Of a DNA stretch of 64,000 nt, positions 51,236 to 64,000 are shown in pieces. Positions within the stretch are counted from its first letter, which is position 1. Every line of letters starts with the position of its first letter. This DNA is from Camelus dromedarius (taxonomy: Eukaryota): NCBI RefSeq assembly GCF_036321535.1, contig NC_087436.1, positions 17,112,001 to 17,176,000 of the forward strand, written 5' to 3'. The translations under genes were made by a program, and so were the position numbers. Under the pieces are notes generated by a model that did no database searches, was not told the origin of the DNA, and worked only from the letters and a program-made list of their open reading frames with translations.

Positions 51236-51804
51236 ACCCAAAACCAAATTCTCCTCTCTAGGAATTTGAGAAGACAATACGATCCCATTTCTTTTGGGTG
51301 TCATTTTGCCCCTGACTGCACATTCTTGCAGGGCTTATTGCCATCTGCTGCCAAGTCATCACCCACAGAAACCTCCAAGGTACTTCATGTGGGTTCTCAG
51401 CCGTGTCCTTGTGACTAAGGAAACTTTGGCTGTGACACTATGGATTCTGTGTTCTCACTTGCCCGAAACAGCAGACTTGAATCACTAATGTGACCAGCTA
51501 GGCGGAAATTCCCAGTAAACTAGGCAGGAAAATAAAATGAGTAAGAGAGGATCTCCTGGTCCATTTAGGTGTGACTTGAGGGTGCAAACATGGCGGCTTG
51601 GACACAGAGGTCGATCTCATGAAAACATTTCAGAGAGATGCCCCCTTTTCTAATACACCTTGACAATGGATATGAGTTGGAACTATTTCTTTTCTGTCAT
51701 TCTGCAAGTGGGTTTTAATATCCTGTTGCTCTAATTGTAATTTAGTAAATTCTCAACAGCCACCTGTGCAGTCAACTTTGCATGCAGTCCCGCCATCATG
51801 GCAA

Positions 51805-52168
51805 GAAAAAAAAAAGGACACTATGAACTCATCTACAAAACAGAAACAGACCCTCAGACACAGTAAACAATCTTGTGGTTACTAGGGGAAAGGGGAGGGA
51901 AAGGATACATTTGGGAGTTTGAGATTGACAAATGTTAGCCACTATGTATAAAAATAGATTTAAAAAAATTCCTGCTGTATAGCACAGGGAACCATGTTCA
52001 ATATCTTGAAATAACCTTTAATGAAAAAGAATATGAAAACGAATATATGCATTTATATACATGATTGGGACACTGTGCTCTACACCAGAAATTGACACTT
52101 TGTAACTGATGGTATTTCAATTAAAAAAAAATGAGAAATAAAATAGAGAAAAAAAAAAAAAAAAAAGA
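51805..52168 (+). mobile_element. Young camelid L1 3' end
   Basis: atgaactcatctacaaaacagaaacagac, ttgggagtttgagat, tacaccagaaattgacac, long poly-A. Confidence 0.9.
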
Positions 52169-53012
52169 AGAGCATTCTGTGGAGGGAGGAGGAGTTCTTC
52201 CAGGAGCCCTTCTATGTTAACTTGCCGTTTCTCAGCAACCCCCTCACTGTGACTTGTGTGGAATCACAGGAGCTGCTGGAACCAGCTGGATTCTTAGTCT
52301 TCCCTTAACTTCTGGCCAGCCTCCATTTATACTGCTGCTAGCAGGAGAGTCAAAAAGAAAGAAAGAAAAAAGAACTCATAGGTTTGAGAAGTCTATAAAA
52401 TTGTGGTTGAAAAAATATATCTGAGGAATTCTCAACCAGTGAATGCCTAGCAGGCTTCAGAACTGGGGTACACATGCAAAGTACATAAGGAAAACCAAAA
52501 ATGTGTACGGCCAAGTCTTCACCTTCGTGAAAGGTTCTATAATTGGTGAGTTGGGGAAATAATTCAAATTTATCATGTCTTTGAGCTTCAGTAGAAGATA
52601 TGACATGTCTGGATGTCTTAGAGAATTGCTTTGCCCACTTGAGGGTGTAAGGATGTGGGAGTCTTTCTGGAAAGTAATCAACTTTTTCAAAGGCCTTAAA
52701 AATATTCACATTCTTTGTCCAATAATCCCAATCCTAAATAACAAACAAAAATAAATAACCTCCAACATACAGAAAGAGTTAGCTATAAGGAGAAGGATCA
52801 TCCAAACACTATTCAAAATAGCAAAAAAAAAAAAAAAATTAAGAAATTAAATGTAAAATAATTAATAGGATGAGGGTTAGACTATGGTTATCCTAGTATG
52901 ATATTTCTGCAAATATTATCTAGCCTGGATTTTGAATTAGGACTATATAAAAATATGAACTTTAATTATTAGATGATTTTTAATAGCATAACTTTAAATG
53001 ACCCCCATTTTT

Positions 53013-53186
53013 AGACTCCGGCTTAGGTCAAGGCAGAAGATATGCCTTGGTAGCAGAATTTAAGGAGGTTCTCACTCTTGGAGACCTGCGAGAGCAGTGT
53101 TGGCACTGGCACAACCCTGACAGTCAGTGGTTCCTTAAATCATGTACCCTGAGCACATTTCTCACCTCCCCCCAGTCCCCGCCCAG
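53013..53186. mobile_element. MER91-like palindromic hAT-Tip100 MITE
   Basis: aatttaaggaggttctcactct ... cagtggttccttaaat inverted arms; ends cccagtccccgcccag. Confidence 0.65.
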
Positions 53187-53199
53187 CACCTGGTACCCT

Positions 53200-53750
53200 G
53201 TAGATGTGCTATAATACTCAGTACTCTACTGTTGGACATTCAGGTCATTTTTAATGTTTTCCTGTTATAAATAACACTCTGATAAACATGTACATGTAAC
53301 ACAGACATATTTGATTTTATCATGGGAATAAATTTAGAGTGGTTGGATTCCTTCTTTAAAGGTTTAGGATTTGATCCATATTGACATATTTCCTCCAGGA
53401 AGTTAACATGCTCTATGCTTATTCTTTTGGTAATGTGTATTTGAGGGTTTTCATACACGTTTTTGGTACCTATTTTAATCTTGGCAATATGGTAGAGAAA
53501 AAAAACCTGGTTGTTTCTATTTTCATTTTTTAGCGTTAGTCATATTAAATATTTTAATACTTTATCTTCTGCTGAATAGTTGTATATGTGTATTATCTGC
53601 TTATGTCTGTAAGCAAATTTTCCATTAGGGTCTTTGTTTTTTCTTAAAGATTTGTAAGCTTCTCATAAATTAAAGCCATATACTCTGCCTCTTGGATATG
53701 TTACCCTTTTCGTCATCTATATTTATTTGCTATGTTTTGGTGTGCTAAAT
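53200..53750 (-). mobile_element. Old L1ME fragment
   Basis: tgttggacattcagg, atattgacatatttccctc-like motifs. Confidence 0.55.
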
Positions 53751-53774
53751 AAAAAAAGGTAAAAAAAAAAAAAA

Positions 53775-54050
53775 GTAATAGTTAACACTATTGAGTGTTT
53801 GCTTTGTCCCAGACACTATTTTAATCCTTTAAATCCTTTTATTAACTCATTTAAATCTAGTTATTAACTCATTTAATGCTAGTAAGAGGTGCATACAGTT
53901 ATTATCTTCGTTTTATAGTGGGTGAAACTCGGGTACAAAAATGTTCAGAAGTAAAGTAACATGATCCAAGTCATTCAAATCCTGGTGACCAGATTTCTTA
54001 CCCAGCAGTGAGGTCTGGACTTTTAATAGGCGCCCCACACTACCTCCTAC
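53775..54050 (-). mobile_element. MIR SINE
   Basis: taacactattgagtg..ccagacact..attaactcatttaa..tgaaactcgggtaca..ccaagtca. Confidence 0.75.
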
Positions 54051-54657
54051 CACAGAGTGAATGGTAATAAAATAGCAAATCAAATCTACTGACCATTTTT
54101 TTTACCATCTCTAATGATACGCTATTTTCTTACTTTAGGGTTTTCTCTATTTAAATCAATAAATTAAAGATGAATTATATAATAGGTGATATTTGAGATA
54201 TCAGCTATTACAGACACTTGATAAAGCAATAGTTTTTAAAACATCAATATCTCTATCATATTTTATATAAAAGGTTATTCCAGAATGATTAAGGAGTTAA
54301 GTGCCAAAAAATTAGGTCACTTGTGTTTTCTTAGAAAATCATCTATTGCATCAACATCGTTTTTCTTTTCATCTTTTGTGAAGATTTTATCTGTTTTTTA
54401 CCTTTCCTAATTTCTAATTTTCTGTATTTCAGAATTTTTCATACAGGTTGTCCAGCTATTGTTTTTTCCTTAAAAATAATTTCAAATAATTGACCCTTGG
54501 ATTTTTTGGCTGGACTCTCCTGAGTTGCTTGGAAGAACCATTCAACTTTGTTAGATAAATCCTGGCTCCTATTTACTTTGTCGCCTGCTACACACAGTGT
54601 AAGTCTAAGAGGCAGAGCAGTTATAAGTCAACACCTGCAATTTAGAGCATGCGTGTG

Positions 54658-55157
54658 TGTTCAGAGACAATTGCCCTTGGGTCTCCCTCGTTTCTGTACA
54701 TGTTGGGACTAGAAAGGCATGGATGGTCTTTGTCTTGGACTATCATTTCAAGGATGTTGGAGAGCAAACAGCCTTAAAAGATAGAGATAACGTCCTTCTC
54801 TGGAGCAGAGGGCAGATGTGTTTACTGCCTAGCATAATGAAGATAGTATCTCGCTCTGGCACGAAAGTCGGACAGATTTGCGTGCTGTGCATTATAAAGA
54901 TTTGGGTTCTTGCTTAGGGTTCCACAGGTTCCTCAGCTGTGATGCAAATCCACCATGTACACAGTGTCTACCTGGGCTACCCCACGGCACCCTCCACGAC
55001 TTGGGGTGAAAGAACTGATACAAACATGACGGTCATAAAGTCTTTTGTCTCTGACTCGTGGGCTTTGTGTCTTCTGCCAGCATCGGTGTATTTGCAGTAG
55101 GCAAACTTGTTAGTTTGAAAGCAGGATAAAGTCTCACATCCTTCATAGTTCTTGATG
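54658..55157 (+). mobile_element. ERVL solo LTR (MER54-like)
   Basis: tgtt..gagacaatt..gggtctc, ttcaaggatgtt, cagcctt..agatagagata, ataaagtcttttgtctctgac, catagttcttga. Confidence 0.75.
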
Positions 55158-56919
55158 CTGATTGTTGATTGCATATTTATACTGAAATGCCAGTTTCTTT
55201 CTCTTATATGTTAAGACACACATCATCTCTCCTATTTTGTAGGCTGTGAGTTACTCACCATGCCGCCGCTCCAGGCATTTGTAGGATTATGACCTTCTCT
55301 TTTAGTTACTCCCGTGGGCTCCCGAAGTGAAGTTCATGTATTCCTCATTGCCTGTATTTGACAGCAGACCATCTTAATCTTTTCTCAAGCTTAGGTGAAA
55401 TTTCGTCTTCAGTTTTCACTATATTGAAATATGGAAACTTACTGCTTTGAGTTGCCCCACAGGATCTCTTAAATTAATTTTGAGATGTCCACAGAGCCAA
55501 TATTTTAAACCAGGCAATCTCAAACATAATTCCATATATTATTAAGATCTGTAAGACAGTTCTGAGACACATGATAGAAGTATTTTCTACTATTTATAGA
55601 TTCTTACCATTTTTTGCTTTTACTTATTCACTTCTGTATATAATTTTAGTAATCCCTTCTATTTCTCCTTTCTTTTGAAAGATTTTATTTTCTTTATTGC
55701 ACCTCTTCATTACCCCTTGTTTTAATCATAGTATTTCACAATGTAAATTTGTTTTTAATTTCAGCCTTGGCCAGGTTCCATGGTTTTTATTATGCATTGT
55801 TGTCATTATTATTCCTCATGCATTTGATAAATTCAGTTTCTGTGTATTTAATAACCCACAGTTTATCTGGAAGCATATTTAATTTCCAAATGTTTCATCA
55901 ATATTAAGAACAAAACAGTATTCACTGACTTCCTGGGATGCAAGATAAAAACATTACCACACCTTGCCTTCCCATCCACTTCCTGGTTTTATTATTTTTC
56001 ATATAATCAGTTTTTAGTTTCTATTCTTAAATTCTCACAATGTCAAACATTTTATTTTCAAAATTAAAATTGCCACTTTTGCAACCACAGGTATAGCAAT
56101 TATTCAAACTTTAAAAAATGGATTCGATGCACAACTTGACTCAATCCCGTATGACTTTTCTGTTCTTTCAATCTGTTGTTTAGCATTTTTTAGCCAGCCA
56201 GAGCTGAGTTTAAATCTTGGCCCGATGGTCGTTTACTTTCTGTGTTTTCCTGTATGAGTAACAGGCAATCTCCTAAAGAGAAGCATGGTCTCAGCATGGC
56301 CTTTTCATAGTGGCTAACGGCACCAGCGTGGCCTGGGAGTGGACTCTCATTGCTCGTTCACCACCTCTTCAAGAACACACCTGCTGCTTGGAGGAAAAGC
56401 CCACCATGTGCTTCCTCATATGTGTAAATGCCCATGACCCTGGGCATACCCCTGTTGTGTCCCTCAGATACACCCAACCCACAGCTGCCAAAGGAACCCC
56501 CCTTTCCCCTAGAGCTCACCTTCACTTCCAGTCCTCCTCTCTCCAAAGTCGGTGGTGTTGGTGGGGTCCCTGAGCTCTTGGATCCCATCAGTCGCCCTTA
56601 CCTCATGGGGAAATGCGTTGCCATATGTCTTGGAGCATCTCTTCTCAATATGGTTTTATTGTCGTTATTCCTATCTAAAAAGTATTCACAATTCCATAAT
56701 GAGGGATGATAGCATTCGCAAGTTTTGTTTTTCTTTTTCTGTGCCCACAGATTCTTCACACTCCCTGATTTCGCACACTCTTGGTCAATTCCTTCATTAC
56801 TGGACAATATATTTGTGTACACAGGCATTCTATCCAGACATCTAAGTTACTTTTATTTTTCCTTGTCTTGTACCTTATTGTAATTATAACAGAAAAAGGG
56901 CAATATATATATTTTCTAT

Positions 56920-57090
56920 GTAGTAATGGCTGTCACTATTAGGAACAGTGCAAAGTGTTTCATGCACGTTATCTGGGGGAACCCAAACCCACTATGAGTG
57001 CATATATCTGTTGTTCATATTTAACAGACAACAGCTGATGATTTAGAAGATGATGTCATTAGCCCAAAGCCACAGAGATGCTAACAGGAA
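56920..57090 (-). mobile_element. MIR fragment
   Basis: aaccactatgag..catatttaacaga..gcccaaagccacag. Confidence 0.5.
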
Positions 57091-58999
57091 GATGCAAGTA
57101 ATTGAAGCAATAAATGGCAAGAAACCATTGAATGGGAATGGCAGTGCCATAGAGACCTCATAGGGAAGGAGCTTGCAGTGTAGTAGTGATGTAAGGAAAG
57201 AAAGTAGGCCTAAAAGTGCATCAAAAAAGGTTATGTTTGGAATCAAGAAATGAGATGTGTTTGGACCTATTAATTAGAAAGGAGGGATAGGAAGTCAGCT
57301 AAGAGCTAACTTCTCAAAAAAGAACAAATGAAAACCAGATGCAACTCAGGCTGAGGAGGGACCTGGGCTCAGGTAGGTGAATCGCGTTCTCTGCTCATGG
57401 GGCCTCTTGGAAGGTCCTGGAGCTGGAGCTGATGCATTTTAAGTCATGGTTAGAGGAGACTAAATGTACAGGATGAATTAGTCATGAAAGATGAAAGGAA
57501 GGAAAACATACTAGGAGCCTTTGCATTGAAAAGGGTCTGAATGTCTGAACCATGAGAAGTGGTCAGAAGATATGGGGAGACATTATCAGGAGTCCTTGAG
57601 GAGTGATTGATTATGGGGGCCCTGGAGGGCAGAAGAATCCAAGATTGACTCCATAGAATACAAGGAATGATAGAGAAACTAAATAATCCTGTCCAAAGCC
57701 CTCACTTACATTAGCAAAAGCTGTAGTTGAGAAGGCAGATACTTGGAGTCTCCCCGCCTGTTAGTAGGAAGGCCTCCTCCCCACCAGCCCATGACTCTTC
57801 CCACATTTGTGTCAGCATCACATTTATGTTAAAGTCTATGAGTCTATGAACTGTATGATCATTGGCCCAATCAATGACCCCAAATCCTAGTTTTTCTAAG
57901 ATCTTGAATATGGTGAAAAGAAGAGTATAAAATTGAAATAATTCTGTTTTTTCCCACATCTTTCACAGACAACTCGACCTTTTTTCCACTCTTCTCACTG
58001 TACCTTAATTCACTCAGTAGTCTTTACTACAGTGCCTCAAATTTTCAGCTTTTTCCTAAATATTCAACAGTCTAGTTTATACCATCTGAATATTGCCAGT
58101 GCAATCCTTTACAAAGTACATTGGAATGTTCCTGGAAAAAAAAAGAGATTAAATATGCATTTAATTGAGATGTAAGATTAAGAAAATGAAAGCATGAAAA
58201 TTTTGAGCCACTTGGCTGGGAGTTAGCAGTAGGCTTAAGTTGTCTTCTTAGGTGTGTTGTGTAGCAAACACTCACGTTATATAGTTTGATTCTCAGACAT
58301 AAAGAATAAAGCTGTGACCTCCCGTACACCAGCGACAGAGAAAAGGTCAGATGGAGTGTGACACTTGGTGTCCTAGAGTGAGTTCTCCAAGCACACAGCA
58401 GCAGGATGTGGAGGAGTCCATGCACCCCACTCCCCACACATACTCATTAAAATCAGTGAGTGTTTATGGAACCCTTGTGACCTGGGAAACGTTTGGTGCA
58501 GTTCTGTGGACACTAAGATATACAAGACAGAGGGTCTGCCTGTCCTGAAGGAATCTGGGAGATAGTTTCAGCAACTCATTGGAAAGTCCACAATGGAGCA
58601 AAATGTGCTTCCAGAATCTGAAATAAGTAATGGGCAAAGAATAAAACAAGAGGTAGACAATGGTGTGTCTTCATGGGACCAGGCAACTTTGGCATTTCTG
58701 CTTTTTCCTAAAACCTTACTCATTCTCGTAAGACCCTGACAGGTGACTAAGGAGAAAAATATTTTACGGTCAGATACTTAATGTCTTCCCCGCGTTAAAA
58801 CAAAAGTATTTCCATCCTATTTCATTGGCCTGCTTCGTAAGGCTGAGAGCCTGGGGACGCCTGGCTGTTTCATGAAGTGACACTCTGGAGTAGCTAAGGC
58901 AGTCCTGAGTGGTCTTGCAGAGATGCCTATAAATGAGGTGACCGTATTAATAGATGTTTTAAAATTGGATTTCTTTTCAGTATCACATTTTACTTTTCT

Positions 59000-59117
59000 G
59001 TTTTTTTTTTTTTTTTTTTTTTGAACAGAGAAAGATTTATCACAAGGTCTAGCAAGGAGAATGTGTGGCTCATGCCCCCAAAACCTGAACTCCTTCATAG
59101 TTAATTCTCTCTCTCTG

Positions 59118-59161
<44 letters not shown>

Positions 59162-59162
59162 A
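59000..59162. repeat. poly-T, short LTR-like fragment, (CT)n and (CA)n microsatellite
   Basis: T-run 59001-59022; aacagagaaagatttat..gcaaggagaa..ggctcatgc..aaacctgaactcc; (CA)n 59119-59156. Confidence 0.75.
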
Positions 59163-61628
59163 GCAAAAGGGGTTAGTGGTCTGTTAGCCGAGTCATGTGA
59201 AGAAAAATGGGATTGGATGATCTTGCTGGGGAACGAAAATGCTGACATCCTCAAATACAAAGAAGCGAAATATGCCAAGCGGTGCAATGTGGCGGGCAGG
59301 GCATGGGGATTCTTGGAAGATATTTTCCACGACTTCAGGAGGCTATCTCTATATTTGCAATGAGGTTTCTGTCTTGTCAGCATTTCCTCTTTATTTGTGT
59401 TGGACTTTATGACATATCTAAGAATAATACATAATTTATAAGATGCAATAATGGCCTGGTACATTTCTGGCAGATTTGAAAAAAAAAATTCTTTTCCAAT
59501 AACTCATTTGATAAACTCTTGAGGTCTCTTCTCGAGAACATTTCACACAACAATGCTTTGTTTTAAGGGTTGTCCATCAATGAGTCGCAGAGCATTCATT
59601 ATGCATTCAAGCCTGCTTTTTTGTCAATCCCCTTTCTTGCCTCCTTTTATTTTTTTCCCGTATAAGTGGCATTTTTTCTGGGAGAAATCTGGTTCTTTGG
59701 GCTGTAAAATGAAATCATGCTAGGAAAAAAATTAACTCTTCAGACTCACAAGGACAATTACAGTCTTTTGTAGCGATGATCACATTTCAAATGTAATTTG
59801 ACTGAATACGTATTCTTTATCATTTGCCCACTCATCCCTGCCCAGAGGCACAAACATGCATATGTAGCAGTTAGACGGCTCTGCTATAAAAAAAAAAAAT
59901 GAACAGCATATTCCACGTATATGAAATAAGAATGCCTTCTTGTTCTACCAGCGACTTCCTGAATATATAGACTTAAGTGGCTGTCCTGGCCATTATTCAC
60001 AAGTAATGCAGTGTGGGATGGCTCTCTTTTATTCACTTTTATAAACCTTATGGATAATCCCAAAGGAGGTGGCAGGGAGTAGGAGAGGGTTCTCCAGTCT
60101 TGATGGTTTCCTGTCCTGCAAGGTGGGCAGCTTAGCCCCCTGTCCTTGTGATTAAAGTCACGCTCACATCATGTGGTCATCACATCTAGAGCCAGGGAAC
60201 GTGCTTCTAGAAGTAGACTTCTAGGTACACTATGGGATGCAAGTTTTCTCTCCTTTCCTGGGTCTCTTCATAACCAAGGATTTAATTTGCAAACTGGCCA
60301 ACTGCTGTTTGGCTCTGGACCCAAGATTTGACACATCCAGAGTAACTAATCTTCATCATGAATGAGAAGGTTCAGGCAAACCACAAAAGGAGTCAGAAGG
60401 GAATGGTAGGGTGTATGAAGTGATGCAACTGTATTTACAGACGGGCATGAATCTCAGGGACGAAGGGGCCTGGGAGGTTAAGCAGCTGGCCTCCGAGAAC
60501 CCAGCAGTGCAGGAAGGAAGGTGGGCAAGCAGCCAACTCTCTTTTAAACACTTACTTGGAGTTTCTCGGAGATCAGTGTGCTGCCTAGTCATGGCAAATG
60601 TTACTTTCACTCCGGGAATGCAAGCATCGAGCAAAGAACTGCACGCCTCTCTGAGAGGTTGGAAGGTCCTTTCCCTCACATCGAACCACGCGCTCTCTCA
60701 CGGACACACGTAAACCCAGTAGCTGATTTTGAGTCAGATCTTTTGACCTACATTCCAGTTTCTCAATTCAAACCAGCTATTCATTTTAAGATGTGCCGTT
60801 AATGAATTACCATTTCCCCTCAACACAATCAACAGTGACAATATCGAATGTGTGCATCAAATGTAAGATGTGTTCTGATTTCAGAAATGCTACCATTAAA
60901 AAGTGTGCTTCTAAGAATCAAGAATCAGTCTTCGGTCTCCAGATACAGAATTTTAACTTGAATGCCCCTGTCTTAATAACAGGGACACTTACTCACTCAT
61001 GTAGGCCTGCGGGCACACACTGACTCCTTTCTATATGTAAACCATGTTGTAAATGTTGGCAGTGTTTAAAAAATAAATTAAACTTGATCCCCTTCTTTCA
61101 AATACCTTATGGCTTTGAAAAGAACAAAATATATTATGTTCAGTTCCAAAGTAGAGATGGTAAGTACCCCAAGTGTGGTTGAGAGGAAAAAAAAGACAAA
61201 AAACACTTGAAAAATGAGTACTCTGATTTGGGTATTTATCTCCAGAAGCCATTGCTTCTAGTTTGGCTGGGTAGGAGAGCGGATGCGATAAGGGAAATAT
61301 TTCCAGAGAAAGTGGCATCTTGAATGATGAGTAGGATTTTTACCCAACTTTTTCACTCTAATGATCCAAATCATCTTCAAAAATTAATTTTATCAAATCA
61401 TGGTGCGGGACATGTTTCAGCCTGAACTTCCACACAGCTTCTCCCTGACACCGTTCATAGTTTACACTTGTGTTGTCGGCACTAAGCTTCATTTTTATCA
61501 CGCTGTCTCGTCATCAGACCAGCACTGAGCCAGCAAGCCTTCATCTGAGGTTCACAGAGCACCTGAGTGTGCTAATGCAGTGCTCTGGGTAGCTGCTGTG
61601 TGACCAAATCCGAGCTATGACTCCTGCT

Positions 61629-61690
61629 CTTTTTTTTTTTTTCTTTAATTGAAGTACAGTCAATCACAATGTGTCGATTTCTGGTGTAGA
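61629..61690 (-). mobile_element. Ultra-short young camelid L1 tail
   Basis: poly-T then attgaagtacagtcaatcacaatgtgtcgatttctggtgta, the reverse complement of the tail at 52080-52130. Confidence 0.8.
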
Positions 61691-64000
61691 AGAGACTCAA
61701 CCTTATTTAGAAATCGTGACTGTGAATTAAAAACTTAAGTGATGCCTTCAGATCGCATGTACCAATAAGAAGTAGTAGAGCTGGGGAAACAGCAAATGCC
61801 CAGGAAGGGGAAGAAAAGCTCGTGTTTCCTGAGAAACAGGGTCTCAGAAACTGCATCTTATTTAAAAACAAAAAGGAAAGAATGAAAAAGGAAAGAAGAA
61901 TCAGAACCTTCTGGAAAGAGACAGAATACAAGCCAAAGCACAAAGGAGGGCATTTCCAGTGTGTGGGGACCAGTCAGTCTATCAGCTGGGTTGAAGATAG
62001 GTTTATGCTGAGACATAATGAGAGAATTAAATAAAAATCAACAATGTGTATCGGGCACTTGGTGTTTTTTTTTTCAAGAACAGTGTGAGGGCCTGGATAT
62101 TTAAAAATTACCAGTATACTATTCTGTTCCTTAACTTCCAATTTGTTGGGAATGACTGCCAAATCAATAAATAAGATTAAGATCTTAGGTAGTCGAAGCA
62201 GTAAGAGGGGGCTACCCCCACTGACAGAGAAGACCCTTTCAGGGTCTTGGGTCTGGGGAGATGTTTGCAAAGTGGTATTATTGAGAGCTGAGAAGCGATT
62301 GCCAAATGTTAGGAAGGAGCTAGGAAACTCATGCAAAATCTATTTGCAATGTTCATTTCTTTTCCTATCCATCGGATATGAACGTTAATATACGAATAAG
62401 ATATCCCTTGTACAGAATTCTAACTAAATACTACCTTTAAGCTAAACAGCAAGCCTAATGGTCTATTTTCAGCAGATAACTATCATTTACAAACTGGCCT
62501 GAGTAAAGCTTACTCTTGGGGGATACATTTTCTATATTTTTGGCTGACATTTCTAGGTCCCTGAACAGATCTTATTAGCTGGGTGATTTTAATCTCTGCC
62601 TTTTAAAAATGAAGGTCTTTGGCTCAGAATTTCTTCAGTTGATTTATCCCGTCCTTATCCTCTCCATCACTGCTATCTCCCCAGTGACATTAAAGAGTGA
62701 TTACTGGGCTCCATCAGCACCGCAGGCTTCCTTTTGATTTAACAGTTGAATATACACGGGTTTTGGTGATCAGTTTAAAATTCCTTGTAAACTGTATTTA
62801 TATGCTGAGCTCTTGAAACAGAATCAGCAACTCCTTAACCTTGAAAAGAGATGCATGCCGCTGTATTCTCTGTCATTTCAGGCAATATTGCTTCTAGTGT
62901 TTCTTGGCTGTGGCCATTACCCCACTAAAGTTCACTGAGGGTCTAAACGGAGGCTCTGGAAATGACAGTATTGGTTCTTTTCTGTGCTACATATTCCTAG
63001 TTTACAAGTAAACTGACATTTATATTAATCAGCTCTCTAGAGCAAACATAGTTGAAGACTGGCCAATAAATCATCCCCGAATTGCTACCTAAGTTGTAAT
63101 TCCAAAATCTTTACTGCTGCTGCTGATAGATGGCTGAAAAGAAGAAGGAGATTTGAGGTTTCCAGTGATCCGGTAACTGTAGGAAAGAAAAGTTTCCGCA
63201 TTTTGAAACATATTTTGAAACATATTTCAAAACGGTTTTGATGAACCAATAAAGATTAGGCGTTATAAAAATGCATCTTTACCATTTTCCCCAGGAGGTT
63301 ATTTTAGATGAACACAACATTGGTAAGTTTCAGTTTTGCTCCTGGAATGGTTTCAGGATTCATTGCCCAAGTCTAAGAATGTAAGCAACTGTACAGCTAT
63401 GACCAAAGTCCTATCCATAGGCTTCAATAGGCTTCAATAGGCTTCTTAAAAAATAGCCTTAAATTTCAAAAGTTTCTCACAAGGTGAAATATCACAGCCA
63501 CAAGATAAAATACCTCCTGACAGGGTCTGAGAGATGTAGGCTTATACCTACAGATCATAATGAAGGTAAGACACACAGTAGACTGGTCTTCAATCTTTTA
63601 TAGCACTGAAACTTGGGACTGTCTAATGACATTAAAGCAAGATGCTTTAAAGCTGTCCATCAGCCTCTGAAACGTCACTGTAATTAAATTTCAAGGCTGT
63701 ACTCCATAGATCACTGCAACGGGTATTAGGGTTGAAAAGGTCTCATTGATATGAATGGCATAAGTCATCTAGATGCCCAATAAGAGATGCCACCTTAAAT
63801 ATCGTCCCTTGATTAATTCAGAAAGAATTACCTCTACTAGGAGGCAGTGAAGGGCCACCTGAAGTTCTATTGACAAGTAGGTGTTGCTTTTGGTGAAAAG
63901 CAAGTGATTAAGAGGCAATTCCCAAACAGGGCAGCAGGCTAAGACACGGTCTTGTATATAAATAAACACAAGGTCTGGGGCATAAGCAAGAAAAAGAAAT

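Noticed and set aside
58817..59464. Longest ORF in the track (215 aa, minus)
   Set aside because: Runs through a (TG)n microsatellite (VCVCVC), a poly-A run (KKKKKK) and an LTR-like fragment; no recognisable domain.
60192..60225. Heat-shock element-like GAA/TTC cluster
   Set aside because: Only two correctly spaced units (cttctagaag); a functional HSE normally needs three.
63417..63445. 10-bp unit (ataggcttca) x3; similar short duplications at 63201-63227 and 48336-48367
   Set aside because: Ordinary slippage duplications with no unique spacers; not CRISPR-like or otherwise structured.

Overview
AT-rich mammalian genomic DNA, very probably camelid: a Vic-1-type tRNA SINE at ~12.2 kb and young camelid-type L1 3' tails. 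No intact protein-coding gene is supportable, and the supplied ORFs are mostly noise or fragments of decayed exons and repeats. Roughly half of the window is old transposable elements (L1, L2, MIR, MLT1, ERVL/ERV1 LTRs, an ERV3-16A3/LTR33-like provirus, hAT and TcMar DNA elements). The main discovery lies between the repeats on the minus strand from ~47.7 kb down to ~7.3 kb, probably further. There, dozens of short, AG/GT-bounded, stop- and frameshift-riddled exon remnants repeatedly translate to EF-hand loops and EFCAB6-type spacer motifs. This indicates a large, intron-containing fossil (unitary) pseudogene of a multi-EF-hand, EFCAB6-like calcium-binding protein. Family assignments come from manual translation and recall of consensus sequences; no searches were run, and most boundaries are approximate.
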